Shown: piece after piece, positions 11,643-24,940 of the stretch
Layout: every line of letters starts with the position of its first letter
Position numbering within the stretch: the first letter of the stretch is position 1
Notes under the pieces: generated by a model
Seen by the model: only the letters and a program-made list of their open reading frames with translations
What the model was told of the DNA's origin: nothing
Databases searched by the model: none
Made by a program: the position numbers and the translations under genes
Source: Octopus vulgaris
Lineage: Eukaryota
Direction: 5' to 3'
Assembly: GCA_951406725.2 (NCBI GenBank)
Contig: OX597826.1
Coordinates: 28,334,001-28,398,000, forward strand
DNA: 64,000 nucleotides

Positions 11643-12219
11643 GGAATAGTTACTGTGAAGCATCGTGTAGAATATATTGCATAAAATATCGTGGGTAAGG
11701 CCAAAGCAATGCGAAGTAAATGCAAGGTAAACCACAAGAATACAAATATGTGAATTTATATAGACTTACCTTGTATTCAATATTTCAGGGTTACGAACCC
11801 ATCCTCAATTTCTTGAGGATTGGGTCATATATGTATGTCGGTATTTGTGTGTGTGTATGTGTGTTTGTCTCCCCACATATATATGTATTTGTCTCCTCAT
11901 CATTGCTTGACAGCCGATGTTGGTGTGTTTGCGTCTCTATAACTTAGCAGTCTAATGACTGAAACAAGTGAAAGAGTGTATGTATATATGGCCGCAGTCT
12001 AATGACTGGAACAAGTAAAAGCGTGTGTGTGTGTATCTTTGAGTTTGTCCGTCTAGCGGTGGTTTGTTTTCGTTCCTATAACTTAGCGGTTCAGCAAATA
12101 GCACTATAAGAAAACAATAGAATAAGCAGCAGATTGAAAAGAAAAAGACAAGCGTGAGTAGCCGGGTTGATGTTCGTCTCAAACCCTTCTTGGCAGTGCT
12201 CCAGCATGGTCGCATTTCA

Positions 12220-12262
<43 letters not shown>

Positions 12263-12538
12263 TGTCGACAGCCAACGCACAAAAACACTGTTTGCATTAT
12301 CGACATCAAACTTTGCAAAAGTTTTTCTCATTAAAATACCAGACCACGCGAACCCCCGCACACACGGTTTCTACACCCAGTAGCCATAGTTTAACGCCAT
12401 CTTCATCTCTGTGCGATTAGAACAGCACCACTCCGAGCCAGCAGTCCATCACCGGCACCACCACAATCATCATTATCACCCCATCATGATCATCATCAAC
12501 ACCATCTACATCATTCCCTCAATATATACATATGTACT

Positions 12539-12569
<31 letters not shown>

Positions 12570-12749
12570 TCTCTCAAACACGCGTAAAAGATATTTAAAT
12601 TATGTAACAGAAACTAGTCTTGTGATATATTCAAAAACTGAACTCATATGCCTACACATAAACCATCATTATATGTGTATGTGTGTGTGTGAATTTTTGT
12701 GCGAATAAAATCGCGTTATAAAAGAATTTTCCGAAGCCCCTGTATAAGC

Positions 12750-13214
12750 CCCTGTCCGTTGGAAGGGAAATGTTTGGTAAAAGGGGTCGTTTATAGAGCC
12801 AAGGTGCAAATAGAAGGCTCATCTGAATATAAGACTTATACAGGGGCTTCGGAAAATTCTTTTAAAACGCGATTTTATTCGCACAAAAATTCATTTCGAT
12901 ACCCAGAAAATAGTAAGAAGACCAGCCTGGAAAAATATGTCTGGGAACTAAAAGGAAAGGAAGCCCCACCTTTCAACGTGACACGGAGCATTCTGGACAG
13001 AGCGGCACCATACATGCACAGGGCACACAAGAAAAATTTTAAATGCAATCTTTGTTTGTTAGAAAAATTTTATATTTTATTCAAAGACAATAATTCTTTG
13101 AATCAAAGAAGCGAACTTTTGAACTCATGCAGGCACGCAACCAAATTCAAAATGTCCAACATAAATATCCCATTATGGATAGCGTATATTTTGTATTTTT
13201 TATTCTTGGACTAG
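12750..13214 (+). pseudogene. GIY-YIG endonuclease domain of a Penelope-like element (Naiad-like motif pattern); RT domain missing
   Basis: CPLEGKCL..GVVY.A.V...YTG...FK.R..SH...LEKYVWELK...CNLCLLEK...LNQRSE...CRH: VVY/YTG triplets, catalytic R, E and N, plus CxLCxxEK and CRH motifs. Confidence 0.85.
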
Positions 13215-14356
13215 TCTTTAATCACACCGATGGATTTGTTTCGCGCTATGCAGGTTTCATTCCGCATAGCAAAGTCTTGTGCATATATTTTGTTTATATT
13301 TCGACATATTCCTTAGGAAAAACCTTTGACTTAGTTTATTTCATTTTATTATATTGTATAGGCTCACTTTGGTAATTTAATTTATAGATAATTCAATATA
13401 GGGTGTTATATTTTGCATGTCTTTCGTCTAAATTTTAATTATTATGCACTCAGCAATTTTAAAAAATAATGTTGTCAAATCCTAGGCATTTTTATGTGAA
13501 TATGTGTATTAGCATGAATATGTATTTGTAAGCATACGTCTACGTATATGTGTAAGTGAGCGTATGTTTGTGCTTAAGCACATACATACACGAATGTATG
13601 TGTATGCATGTATCCACTTGGACTTGTGTGTTTGCGTACTTGTCTCTATATATGTGTCAGTATATGTGTATTTACTGCTTACATAATTTGTATACAAACA
13701 TTCGTCGCGTATAGTCAGAATGTTATTATTTTTTCTTTCCTTTTCTTCTTTTTCCTTTTCTCTTTTTCCTTTTCTCCCTCTTCCTTTCTTTCGTTTTTTC
13801 TCTCCCTATTCGTTACTTGTATAGAGCCCTGTAACTCTACGTCCCCCTCCCCCTCCCTTACTTACGTCTTTAGCTTTCTGTTGCAAATAAGAGCGCCCAT
13901 GAATTTTGCTTATAGTCTATATGGATACAAGTGATTTTTGCATGCGAGCTAGATTGCGTATACATATGTGTACATGCATTTGTGTGTATATTTTCGTTTT
14001 GCATTTATGTCTGTATATGTATGTGGTCTGCGCACATCTATCTGTATGTTGATGTATATATGTATATTAGTAGTTTAGTATGAGTATGTACTGTTGTGAA
14101 ATATTTTAATATATTTTAATATTTTAATTTCAATTTCTATGTATTAATTATATTTTCTTTATTAATGATAATATGTATTTTAACTAAAGATTCGATTTAA
14201 AGTTTTTCCTCGACTTTTATAATATATTTTATATTGAACTCATTTTTGTTTATCGCTCGCATATGACCGTTATTTGAAAGGACCAATCAAACAAGTCCAT
14301 TTTTAAATGTGTAACGTTTATACTAGTCTTGATAGAATTGTCATATCGGTTCTATT

Positions 14357-14412
14357 TTAACAAAACTGTCCGACGAACGGGAACGTGAAACTCCGAGTAA
14401 CAGGTTTTGTTG
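14357..14412 (+). ncRNA. Type I hammerhead ribozyme motif with U4>C core variant
   Basis: uuaacaaaacugu CCGACGA acg-ggaa-cgu GAAAC uccga GUA acagguuuuguug: long stem I with one bulge, stem II, stem III and GUA site. Confidence 0.75.
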
Positions 14413-14435
14413 AATTTCTGCTGCTTTTAAATAAA

Positions 14436-14486
<51 letters not shown>

Positions 14487-15739
14487 GGTGTATCGATGCA
14501 GTTCTGAATGTCGATTTTGCTCAACTAATTACTTTATCTCGTTAATTAAAGAATATGATGTTATTTGGAAATAAAGTGGAGAAATTTGGGTAATTTTAGC
14601 CAATCAACAGACAACGAGTCATTAACAGCTTGTTACCATGATAACCGCACGTTGTGTTGTGTTGATTCTTCACACCACGGGATTCAATTCATCCGCGTGT
14701 TTTGTTTTCATAAAAATTTATATCCATCAATTAGAATTTCATTGTAAATATTTTTCGTCAGTTGTCTTAATATTTTACATATTTTTCATATCTATTTTGT
14801 GGAGTTTTCTTTGTATTGGTCTTTCATTCTTTCTGTTAGACTTGCCTCAACTTGACTATTGACTAATTCGACTTTATATAACTTGCCTTCTTTTATTGTT
14901 CTGGAATGCAGAATACAGTTCTTTTAACAGTTATGGATTAAACTTATATATGAATACATACATCCACATGCACAAATGTACAAATGATGTACACAAATGC
15001 ATGACAGGTATACATAATACTGAAATACGCAAACCATATTGATTCCTGTGTGTAGAAATCAACGGCTTCATAAAATAAACACATGCAGACAAATCTATTA
15101 ATATAGCAAATTTTTAAAAAAATAACAATAACATACAAAACACTTTAGAAATCAATAAAGAGACAAAAGAAACAGTAAGATGATAGATGTTGACTTTATT
15201 AGGTAACAGGTCATTTCACAGACGCTAAGCTATAAATTTCACAGGATACAACCTTAAAGAAGACACAGCTATAACGCAGAAAATTTCAGTCTCACTATTG
15301 GCTAAAAATACGTAGATTTTTTCGAATTTTAAACGTCTGTAACTTTTTCGCCAAATATTTTCTCCACAAGTTCATGTATTCACAGGATCAAGCATGCAAA
15401 CTGCATCAATATAACCGATTTTCAGATATTTTTACTTCTTTTAAAAAATTGCAGATTCTGTGAATGAAACGAACTAGATCCCGTGTGTGTATGTACGTAT
15501 GTACCATGTATATATTTTCAGATGTTGAGAAGTTGTGCCCACAGATTTCTAAAATAATAAATAAAAGACAGTAAAACAACAAACAAAAACAGCAATGTAG
15601 TACAAAATACTTATCGTCTAATCCAGATGAATATCACATTGAACAGTAAAATGTTATCGTTGCCACCACCACCACCATTACGACCATCATCATCATCATC
15701 ATCTGTGGTAATTGTCCCTAAAATATCATTATTATTATT

Positions 15740-16099
15740 TTCAAATGCTGCTGAGGTCCACTTTGCCAGTCATCTTTTCCAGGTCGATAACATTAGTACC
15801 AGTTGAATACTGAGGTCGATGTAAACCAACCATACCCTTCCCCTTAAAACTGTCGGCCGTGTACCAAAGTTTCAAGTAATGACAATAATGATTATTTCCG
15901 CTATGGGCACAAGGCCTGACATTTTGGGGGAGGGGACTAGTTGATTACATCGACTCCAGTGTTTTACTGGTACTTAACGGCCCAGAAAGAATGAAAGACA
16001 AAGTCGACCTCGGCGGTATTTGAACTCACAACGCAAAGGCAGACGAAATGCCGCGAAGCATTTTGCCCCGTGTGCTAACGATTCTGCCAGTTTGCCACT

Positions 16100-16132
<33 letters not shown>

Positions 16133-16365
16133 TACGATAAAATAAGTACCAGTTGAGCACTGGGGTTAAGGTAATCGTCTTAACACCTCCACTGAAATGC
16201 TTGGTGGCGTTTCGTCCTCCGTTTTCATGTCCTGAGATCAATTTCTGAGGTCGACTTTGCCTTTCATCCTTTCGGGGTCGATAAATTAAGTACCACTTAT
16301 GCACTAGGGTCGATGTAATCGACTGGGCCCTCTCCCAAATTTTAGGCTTTGTTCCTGTTGTGCAA
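15740..16365. mobile_element. Cluster of family C SINE copies in both orientations
   Basis: Plus fragments ~15740-15875 and ~16135-16365, minus copy ~15900-16100; shared gactttgcctttcatcctttcggggtcgataaattaagtacc domain. Confidence 0.75.
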
Positions 16366-16499
16366 ATAATTATTGTTGTTGTTCTTGTTATGTACTTGTT
16401 AAAATAACAACAACAACGTTACTTTATACAGTAAATAATTTTTATATTGTCTTGGCAATAAGTCTCCTCGGATCTAAAGAAACGCTTTTAGGATTCTAG

Positions 16500-16543
16500 C
16501 TTTGTGAGTGCATTTGGTAGACGGAAACTGAAAGACGCCTCTC

Positions 16544-16582
<39 letters not shown>

Positions 16583-16965
16583 GTGTGTATGTGTGTATAT
16601 GTGTGTGTGTGTCTTTGTTTGTCCCCCCATCATCCCTTGACAACCGATGTTGGTGTGTCTACATGCCCGTATTTTAGCGATTCGGTAAAAGTGACCGATA
16701 AAATAAGTACCAAGCTTACAAAGAATAAGACCTGGTGTCGATTTGTTAGACTAAATGCGGTGCTCCAGCATGGCCACAGTCAAATGGCTGAAACGAGTAA
16801 AAGAATATATACGACGGGCTTCTTTCAGTTTCCGTCTACCAAATCCACTCACAAAGCTTTCGTTGGCCTGAGGCTATAGTAGAAGACACTTGCCCATGGT
16901 GCCACGCAGTGGGACTGAATCCGGGACCATGTGGTTGGGAAGCAAGCTTCTTACCACACAGCCAT
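16500..16965. mobile_element. Family A SINE (+, 5'-truncated) followed by an inverted family A head (-)
   Basis: 16500-16805 plus strand; 16810-16965 is the reverse complement of the head. Confidence 0.8.
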
Positions 16966-17039
16966 TTATTTATTGTTAAACCCTTTCCCTGTGATATAAT
17001 ATACACAATACCTCACTTTGTAATACGCTTTTTCTACCA

Positions 17040-17770
17040 ATTTTGTTGGAATGCTGCTTTGGAATGCTTGTAATACGCTTCTTCTACCAATTTTGTTGGA
17101 ATGTCTTGTATTCTTTTGCGTTTGTGGCCACTGCTTCGCTGTCCGTAATCCTTATCCAAATTCTACTATTTTCTTTTCTGCTAGAGCAGCATTGGTTTCT
17201 ATGTTACAGCTACAGAGTTCTTCAAATAGCTTGGGTTTGAGTCATAGGTGCAAGAGTGGCTGTGTGTGTAGAATAAGTACAAGGCTTACAAAATAAGTAC
17301 TGGAGTTGATTCATTCGACTAAAAATTCTTCAAGACTGTACCCCAGCATGGCCGCTGTCCAATGACTGAAAAAGGTAAAAGATATAGCCTTTGTCGCTTT
17401 TGTGACAACATATTTCCTGCAGTTTAATAAGAATCTCTTTGCAATTCAGCGACTTGAATGCGTTCTTCAATTTGCAGTGATTTCTACAAGATTGGTCATA
17501 TTTCTGTTGTATTTATCGCTTTGCTTTTCAAATCTTTTTGTTACTGGACTGAAACAGCTCTTCTATATCTTCTTTATATCAATCTTTCTTTTCCATTATA
17601 TTTGCTTAAGTTTCAGTATCCTTATATAAATATATCCAATGAGGTATTCATTTTCCTTGGTAAAGTCTATAGCTGCTGCATATATCACTTGTTTTGTTTT
17701 TCCTGGTGACATTGATGTTTGTGTCTGTTTTCATTAAATCTGCAAAGACCAGTTTTGTGGTTTTTCTCGT
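17040..17770 (-). pseudogene. Possible decayed non-LTR retrotransposon ORF fragment (R4/Dong-like pre-RT region), interrupted by a SINE at 17245-17385
   Basis: Minus-strand purine-rich reading with remnants TKQVIYAAA and LFEELC...KIVEF; many stops; family call by eye only. Confidence 0.35.
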
Positions 17771-18045
17771 ATTTTTATTATTTTATCGTTCAGTGTTTAA
17801 CCATTGATGCGTAGTTGAAGATCAGCCTTTAACTCTTACCATTGTTAAATTTGTGCCATCCTAAATATGCCCTTATTTAGGCGCAGGCAGGGCTGTGGGG
17901 TTTAACAAAGCTCGCTTTGCAACGACGTGGTTTCGGGTTCAGTTCTATTGCGTAGCACCTTGGGCAAGTGTCTTCCACTATAACCCCGGACCAGACCAAT
18001 GCCTTGAGAGTGAATTTCGTTGACAGAAACTGTGTGGAAGCCCGT

Positions 18046-18088
<43 letters not shown>

Positions 18089-18803
18089 ATGTGTGTGCGC
18101 ACTTGTACACTTATATTTATGCTTGACAATGCAAACATAGAATTTTAAATTATACACACACACAATAAGGATAGGTGCTTGTGTGTGTGTGTGTGCGTGT
18201 TTCTGCGTACATACGTATGCATATATAAGTAAATATAAACATAATTCACACTCGATTTTAGATCTACGCACCATTAAAGCACTAGATATGAAGTGAAGGA
18301 GAGAGAGATAAGGAGAGGGAAAGAGAGAGCGAGAGAGTGAGAATGAGAGACAGACAGACAGACTGAGAGGGTGGTATGAAAAGAAATGGAACGGAGAGAG
18401 GCAAACGAAATAAGAAATAAGATATATAAATATAGAGAGAGGGGGAGAAAAGATTAGTGGCAGGAGAGAAATATTAGGAAGTGAATAAAGAGCAAGGGAT
18501 AAGATAATAGATATAGTGTGTGAGAGGGAGAGAGGAGAGAGAGAGAGAAAAGAGATGCAAGAGGAGGGCGGAGGAAGGGGAGAGCGTGTGTGAGACATCC
18601 TCCCCCTTCATGTGGAAACTCAATACTGGTGAGAATTAACTTGGTTATTTACATAGCAGATTTGCTTCCTGTATACATACATATATATACATATATATAC
18701 ATATATATATAATGTATATATGTATATATAATGTGAATCTATATATAACGTATTGTATGATGTGTATATGTACATATGTTCATGTATGTACGTATGTGCA
18801 TGA

Positions 18804-18843
<40 letters not shown>

Positions 18844-19599
18844 TTATATATTGTGTATTTATATATTGTGTATATACTGTATGTATATATATATATGTAG
18901 TGTGTGTATGTATATATTTTCTTCAGTATCTATGCATTTGTACATCTGCATATGCATGTGTATATGTATGTGTGTCTGTATGTATGTATGTATGCATGCA
19001 TGTATGCATGTTTCTATGTATGAATGCATGTACGTATGGATGGATGTATGCATGTATGCATGCATACATACATGTGTGTATGTATAATATAGACGTGTGT
19101 GTTACAGGTTGTACTTCCTGTATCATGTAACTTGGAATAAAGTTGACAAAAACCTTTCAGATCTGTTGTGAAGGAGGTGTATATATATATATATATATAT
19201 ATACATATATGTGTGTGTGTGTGTATCTACACGTGTGTATAACATATGTAAATGCATATTTATATATGTGTGTGTGTGTGTGTGTGTTTCTATGAATATG
19301 GTGTGCATGATATAAATGCATATTTGTGTGTATACATGTATGTATTTATGGATACTCAGCCGGCGAATGTTGGTTATTACTTTACATAAAAAGGTGTTTG
19401 CACGTGTGTATATATGAGTACGTATACATGCATCTGTGTATGAGATTGTCTCATTCAACATACGTGCGTAGCTGTGCGGGACTAAGAAGTGACTTATGCT
19501 TGCTACTAAGAACAATATATATGTTTATGTGTGAATTTATAATATGTGTATACCACGCCGTATTCCAAGCTTTAATTAATAAATCAAATGACGTACGTG

Positions 19600-20560
19600 A
19601 ATTGTTTCTTCGTCAAAATATATCCCATCATATTTTGTTGTATGCTGCCATCGTTGTGCCAATAGTTCAATTCCATGCTTACAGTATTTGACTGGTTTAC
19701 AAGTGAAGAAAACTCCCTGCACCCGCTTTCAACCTCGTTCACATTGTTGAGCTTCTATTCGTGCAGGAAATGAGCCATGATTCGGAAAAAGTGGTTATTT
19801 TATTCTTCAAGGTCTGGGCTTTAGGAAAGGTGAGGCAGCACTTCCAGCCCTTCAGGTTCCTCAAGTTTGCGCTTGATCAGATTGACACTGTGTGCTGGGG
19901 CATTTGTAATGCTTTAGGTCTTCGATTGACCAGTGTTGTCTAGCGTGCTCTTAAAGCATCATATAGTCGTTGCAGTTGTTGAGCATAAAAGTTAGTGGTC
20001 ACATGATCATCTGGGACAAGATCAGAAAGCAACAACCCATAGAAATTCCACAAAATCCACATGACCTTCTGTTCAAAGTGCCCTTGTTTGACTACAGGTT
20101 CTGAAACCAGGCCAGAACGGAGTCACTGATTCCCCTTATTAAGATTACGAAAATACATCCATATTTTTATCCCCAGCTACAATTCGACTCAAAAACTAAA
20201 CATCTCGAGAATTTACAAGAAGTTGCTTGCAAATGCTCACATGCCATTGCACCTTCAATTCATGAAGAGCTTGTTGACCGCGTCTGTTCACAAGACCGTG
20301 CTTTTGGATGTCTCGACTGACGGTGTTTTGTGAATGATCAAGTTCTATCGACAATGTACGAGTGCTTGTACTCGTCTGTTAGTCAACTATTTCATGCAAA
20401 ACCTCATTTTTCACAACAGGTTTCTCTGATTTTGGTTTGTCATCTGAGCTGATGTCACCTTCTTTGTCTGGGCCAGTTTTATGCGATGCATTCGTTGAGA
20501 GTTCCTGGGTGTTCCCATATCATTTAATTTTTTAAGCCGTTCCCCTTGAACTCAGCCCCA
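19600..20560 (-). pseudogene. Mariner (DD34D-type) transposase relic
   Basis: Minus-strand remnants KEGDISSDDKPKS, STSTRTLSIEL, FLSRIVAGD, GLEVLPHLS*SPDL...HFFRIMAHF and GIELLAQRWQ..DGIYF. Confidence 0.85.
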
Positions 20561-20644
20561 CCTTTTTTTCCTGGGGGTAGCCTAAAACGGCTCTAATTGC
20601 AATTTTTTCACAACTCATTATCAAAACTGCAATTTTAATATATA

Positions 20645-21033
20645 CTCTTTTACTTGTTTGTCATTTGACTGTGGGCATGCTGGAGCACTGCCTTTAATCG
20701 AACAAATCGATCCTAGGACTTATTCTTTGTAAGCCTAGTACTTATTCTATCGGTCTCTTTTGCCGAACTGCTAAGTGACGTGGACGTAAACACACCAGCA
20801 TCGGTTGTCAAACGATGCTGGGGGACAAACACAGACACACATACATACATACATACATATATTTATATATACGACGGGCTTCTTTCAGTTTCCGTCTACC
20901 AAATCCACTCACAAGGCTTTGGCCGGACCGAATCTATAGTAGAAGACACTTGCCCAATGTTCCACGCAGTGGGACTGTACCCGGAACCATGTGGTTGGTA
21001 AGCAAGCTACTTACCACAGCCATTCCTGCGCCT
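20645..21033 (-). mobile_element. SINE family A, full length
   Basis: Reverse complement of the 39541-39932 copy, including the head ggcgcagg. Confidence 0.88.
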
Positions 21034-21282
21034 ATGAAATACATAATATACAACTCCTGTATATTATATATTAAAATAAAGAAAAAAAATTGATGTTTGT
21101 ACATTGTTTATTCATTATTTTCATATTCAATCTAGCAAGGATTGGACGGCAAATTATATCAAATTAATGATGTGAAGATACAAGTTTCCAAAACTCATCA
21201 GGGAACATCCGAAAGTACTTTGACTCAACAGGGTGTATGTGCATGCGTGTATAGGTGTACGTGTATTTAGATGCATATATAG

Positions 21283-21715
21283 GCACAGGCGTGACTGTGT
21301 GGTAAGAAGAAGTTTGCCTCCCGATCGCAAAGCTCTGAGTTTAGTCTCTCGGCGTGGCACCCTGGGCAAGTGTTTCTACTATAGCCATTGACCGACAGAA
21401 GCGCTATGACTGGATCTGGTAGACAGAAACTGAAAGAAACCAGTCGTAAACACACAGACACACAGACACACACACACACACATATGGTGGGGGAGTCTTC
21501 CATGTCAGTTTCCCACAACATGACGATCGGTGAATTGGCCTATTGGTTTGTTTACGTCCCTTCAACATAGTGATTCGGCAAAAGGGAAGAATTGGAATAT
21601 GTATTTTATTTTAAAATTTAAAAAAACTCTACTGGGCTTCATTTGTTCGACTAAAACCCTTCAAGGCGATGCCCCAGCATGGCCGCAGTTCTTTGAATGA
21701 AGCAAGTAAATGAAA
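21283..21715 (+). mobile_element. Older diverged family A SINE
   Basis: Head ggcacaggcgtgactgtgtggtaag, core ctgggcaagtgt, tail ccccagcatggccgcagt. Confidence 0.7.
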
Positions 21716-22372
21716 ATATGCTAATCGCCGTTGTGTTTGTCGCAGAAGGACACGTTGTCCTTCACGACGACTATGTCATTCATTACACACTCGTTTCATG
21801 GAGACAAGGGGTTCAACGACACCAGTATTTCGAGATTTTGTGTCACGTCAGGCGGAAACATCCGGACTAACGAACCTAACAAGAGCCGACGGCCTAGTTT
21901 ATGATGTCATGTAACAAACTGTTTGCTGATCCGTGCTGTTATCTGGCAACAGATTAGCGGTCGTTATTTTCACGGTGAACAGCGAGAATCAAAACGATGA
22001 CTTGTATGTTTATTCGTTGCTCACCGTGCAAATAACGATCTATTATCCCCCCACCTACACACAGATTTATTTATCTATCCTTTACTTGTTTCAATCATTA
22101 GACTGCGCCCATGCTGGGGTACCGCTTTGAAGAATTTAAGTCAAACGAATTGACCTCAATATTTATTTTTTTTAAAGCCTGCTACTTATTCTATCGGACT
22201 CTTTTGCCGAACCGCAAATTTATTTGAATGTAAACATACCAACATCGGTTGTCAAATTGTGGGTGACGGACAAACACCAACGAAACTACACACACAAACA
22301 CACACACACGACTTTTATCTTTTAGTTGTTTTAGTAAATTGGTTGCTGCCATGCTGGGGCACAGCCTATATA

Positions 22373-23150
22373 CAGTACCGCACAGAAGTCTTCGGCTACT
22401 TTAAACTATAGTAAATTTCTACTAATTGCCAACTTATAAATCGATGTTTCGCATTGCCTTTTTACAGATGAAACATTGGCCCTGAACGAGACGACCACCA
22501 AATATAGCCGTGCAAAAGTTTTCGGCCACCCCACGTAAACTAATCAAGATACAGTGTTTTAAAACAGAAAAATGTCTATAATGAAAATTTATCACATAAT
22601 GTTCATATCAAGAAGTTACTGTACATTGTTAATATTTCGTGTGACTTTCCTTTGCTTGAATAATTGCTTCAATGCACTTGGGAAGAAATGCGTACAAGTC
22701 CTTCACCATCTTCACAGGTATGAGATGTCTGTCTTTCTCTGTTGTTGAGCTCCCACAACTCTTCAAGATTGTGTGGATTCTTCTGACGAACTCTTCTCTT
22801 TAGTTCTGTCCACATTTGCTCGATCATATTTAAGTCAGGGCTCTGAGCTGGCCAAACTTTCAATACAGTAAAACCTTCATCAGCCAGACTCTGTTATGTT
22901 GCACGCGATCTGTGGCATGGCGGTCCGTCATGCTGAAAAATCTCACCTTCATCCAAGTCTAGTATCAAATTCTCCTTCAACAACTGGATGTATTTGGCTC
23001 TATTCAAGTTACCGTAAATTTTAACCAACTTTCTTGAAACATCACTTTTTATGTATCCCCAAAGCATCAGATTCTTACCCCAAATCTTCACTGTTTGCGT
23101 TGTGTAACGTGGGTCGTTTCGCTTTCTAATAAGCGAGAATTTGTCAGAAG
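22373..23150 (-). mobile_element. Tc1-family transposon, 3' half with one terminus
   Basis: TA|CAGT terminus at 22373 with an internal direct repeat at 22508-22529 (IR/DR type); transposase LMLWG...FQHDGPPCH...WPAQSPDLNMIEQMW with one in-frame stop; cut at ~23160 by a SINE. Confidence 0.88.
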
Positions 23151-23302
23151 GGCTCCAGGCACTTACATATGCACGACGAGCTTCTTTCAGTTTCCGTCTA
23201 CCAAATCCATTCACAAGGTTTGATCGGTTCGAAGCTATAGTAGAAGACACTTGACCAAGGTGCCACGCAGAGGGACTGAACTCGGAACTACTTCTTGCAC
23301 AC

Positions 23303-23339
<37 letters not shown>

Positions 23340-23550
23340 AATATGCATTTACTTACGTAGGCGTCTGTGTGTTTCGTCACGCCATTTACGTTGTCAAAAT
23401 TACAAGCTAATATTAAAAATGTCATCTCTTTCTTTTGAAAAATCTCCGTGAAATTTCAGACGCGACGTTATGGCGTTTCACACATAAAGTATTTGAATTC
23501 ATATGATACATTTGACACGGGGCGTACACCTTTTGTGTGTGTGTGTATGC

Positions 23551-23611
<61 letters not shown>

Positions 23612-23654
23612 GTTTACAAAATTCGGGAAACCATGAAATACTTTCGGGAACAGT

Positions 23655-23812
23655 GAATCTCGAAGCGTTTAAAGCTATAATAAATAATAGCGTGAAAATA
23701 TTGGGTTAAAAGGTTTTCGTGTCTCATGGCAGCCTTCGACTTCCTCCATCCAAAGAATTTTTTAACCCAGTATTTACACATTATTATCGATAGCTCTATC
23801 TCCTTCGAGATT
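23655..23812. repeat. Imperfect foldback element
   Basis: gaatctcgaag...aaatattgggttaaaa mirrors ttttaacccagtattt...cttcgagattc. Confidence 0.6.
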
Positions 23813-24224
23813 CCCTTTTCCAAACAATGTATATGTGTTTGGGAGCGTGAGTGTATGTGCATACAGACATGCGTATAAAGATAAGTGTGTGTGTGTGTAA
23901 TGAAAATCTTCCCACATTCTTAAAAGCCATCAAAAGATTTTCTGCGTGGAAGTAGGCATGGCTGAAACGTTAAAGACGTTGTCTTCGTGATCATGTGGCC
24001 TCTGGTTCAATCCCACTACCCGGCATATTGCGCAAGTGTCTGTATTATAGTATTGGGTCTTCAAAAATCAGTAGGAGAAACTGAGTCGATGGAGATTGTG
24101 TGGAATCCCGTCAGGTCTGTCATAATCAGTAATTCATATGTGCAGTCTTGCCTCGCTTTCGCCTTACGCTGGAAGCAGCAATAAAACTGCGTATATGTCT
24201 TTCGAATACTCAGCCACTTATTCG

Positions 24225-24525
24225 AAGACGCGTAGCTTAGGTGTTAGAGTATTTGACTCAAGATCGTAAGGTCGTAGGTTCGATTCCTGGCGACGCATTG
24301 TTTCGTTGAGCAAGACACTTTATTTCACATTGCTTCAGTCCACTCAACTAGCAAAAGTGAGTTGTACCTGTTATTCAAAGGGGCCAGCCTTGTTACATTC
24401 TGTGTCGCGCTGAATCTCCCTGAGAACTACATTAAGGGCACACGTGTCTATGGAGTACTCAGCCATTTGCATGTTAATTTTACGAGCAGGCTGTTTCCGT
24501 CGTCGCAACCGACGGAGAACCAGTT
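24225..24525 (+). mobile_element. SINE family D
   Basis: tRNA-like head with B-box GGTTCGATTCC, ttgagcaagacactt core; matches 3264-3530. Confidence 0.8.
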
Positions 24526-24584
24526 ACGCGATAATATAACAAGCCGGATGTTCAGTTGATAGATCGTGTAACACCAACGTAGTT

Positions 24585-24747
24585 TGGCGCATGCGTGGCT
24601 GTGTGGTAAGAAGCTTGCTTCCCAACCACATGGTTGCGGGTTCAGTCCCACTGTAAACCACCTGGGCAAGTGTCTTCTACTATAGCCTCGGGCCGACCAC
24701 AGTCTTGTGAATGGATTTGGTAGACGGAAACTGAAAGAAGCCCGTCG

Positions 24748-24797
<50 letters not shown>

Positions 24798-24940
24798 CGT
24801 GTGTGCATGTGTGTGTGAGTGTGCGTGTGTGTGTGCGTGTGTGTGTGTGTGTGTGGTAGGAGGGTGATCATTGTTTGATAACCAGTGTTGGTGTGTTTAC
24901 ATCCCCGTGACTTAGCGGTTCGGCAAAAGAAACCGATAGA
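24585..24940 (+). mobile_element. SINE family A (3'-truncated)
   Basis: Head, core, internal microsatellite and partial tail. Confidence 0.85.

Larger units (their letters stand above)
12691..14437 (+). mobile_element. 5'-truncated Penelope-like retroelement (PLE) with inverted 5' segment, long 3' region and terminal hammerhead
   Basis: GIY-YIG remnant, 58 bp 5' inversion, hammerhead at 14357-14412, then AATAAA and (TA)n. Continuity of the 3' region through 13500-14100 is inferred. Confidence 0.7.

Noticed and set aside
14484-15482. Possible non-autonomous DNA transposon (partial similarity to ~25960-26120)
   Set aside because: Could not establish TIRs or a target duplication by eye.
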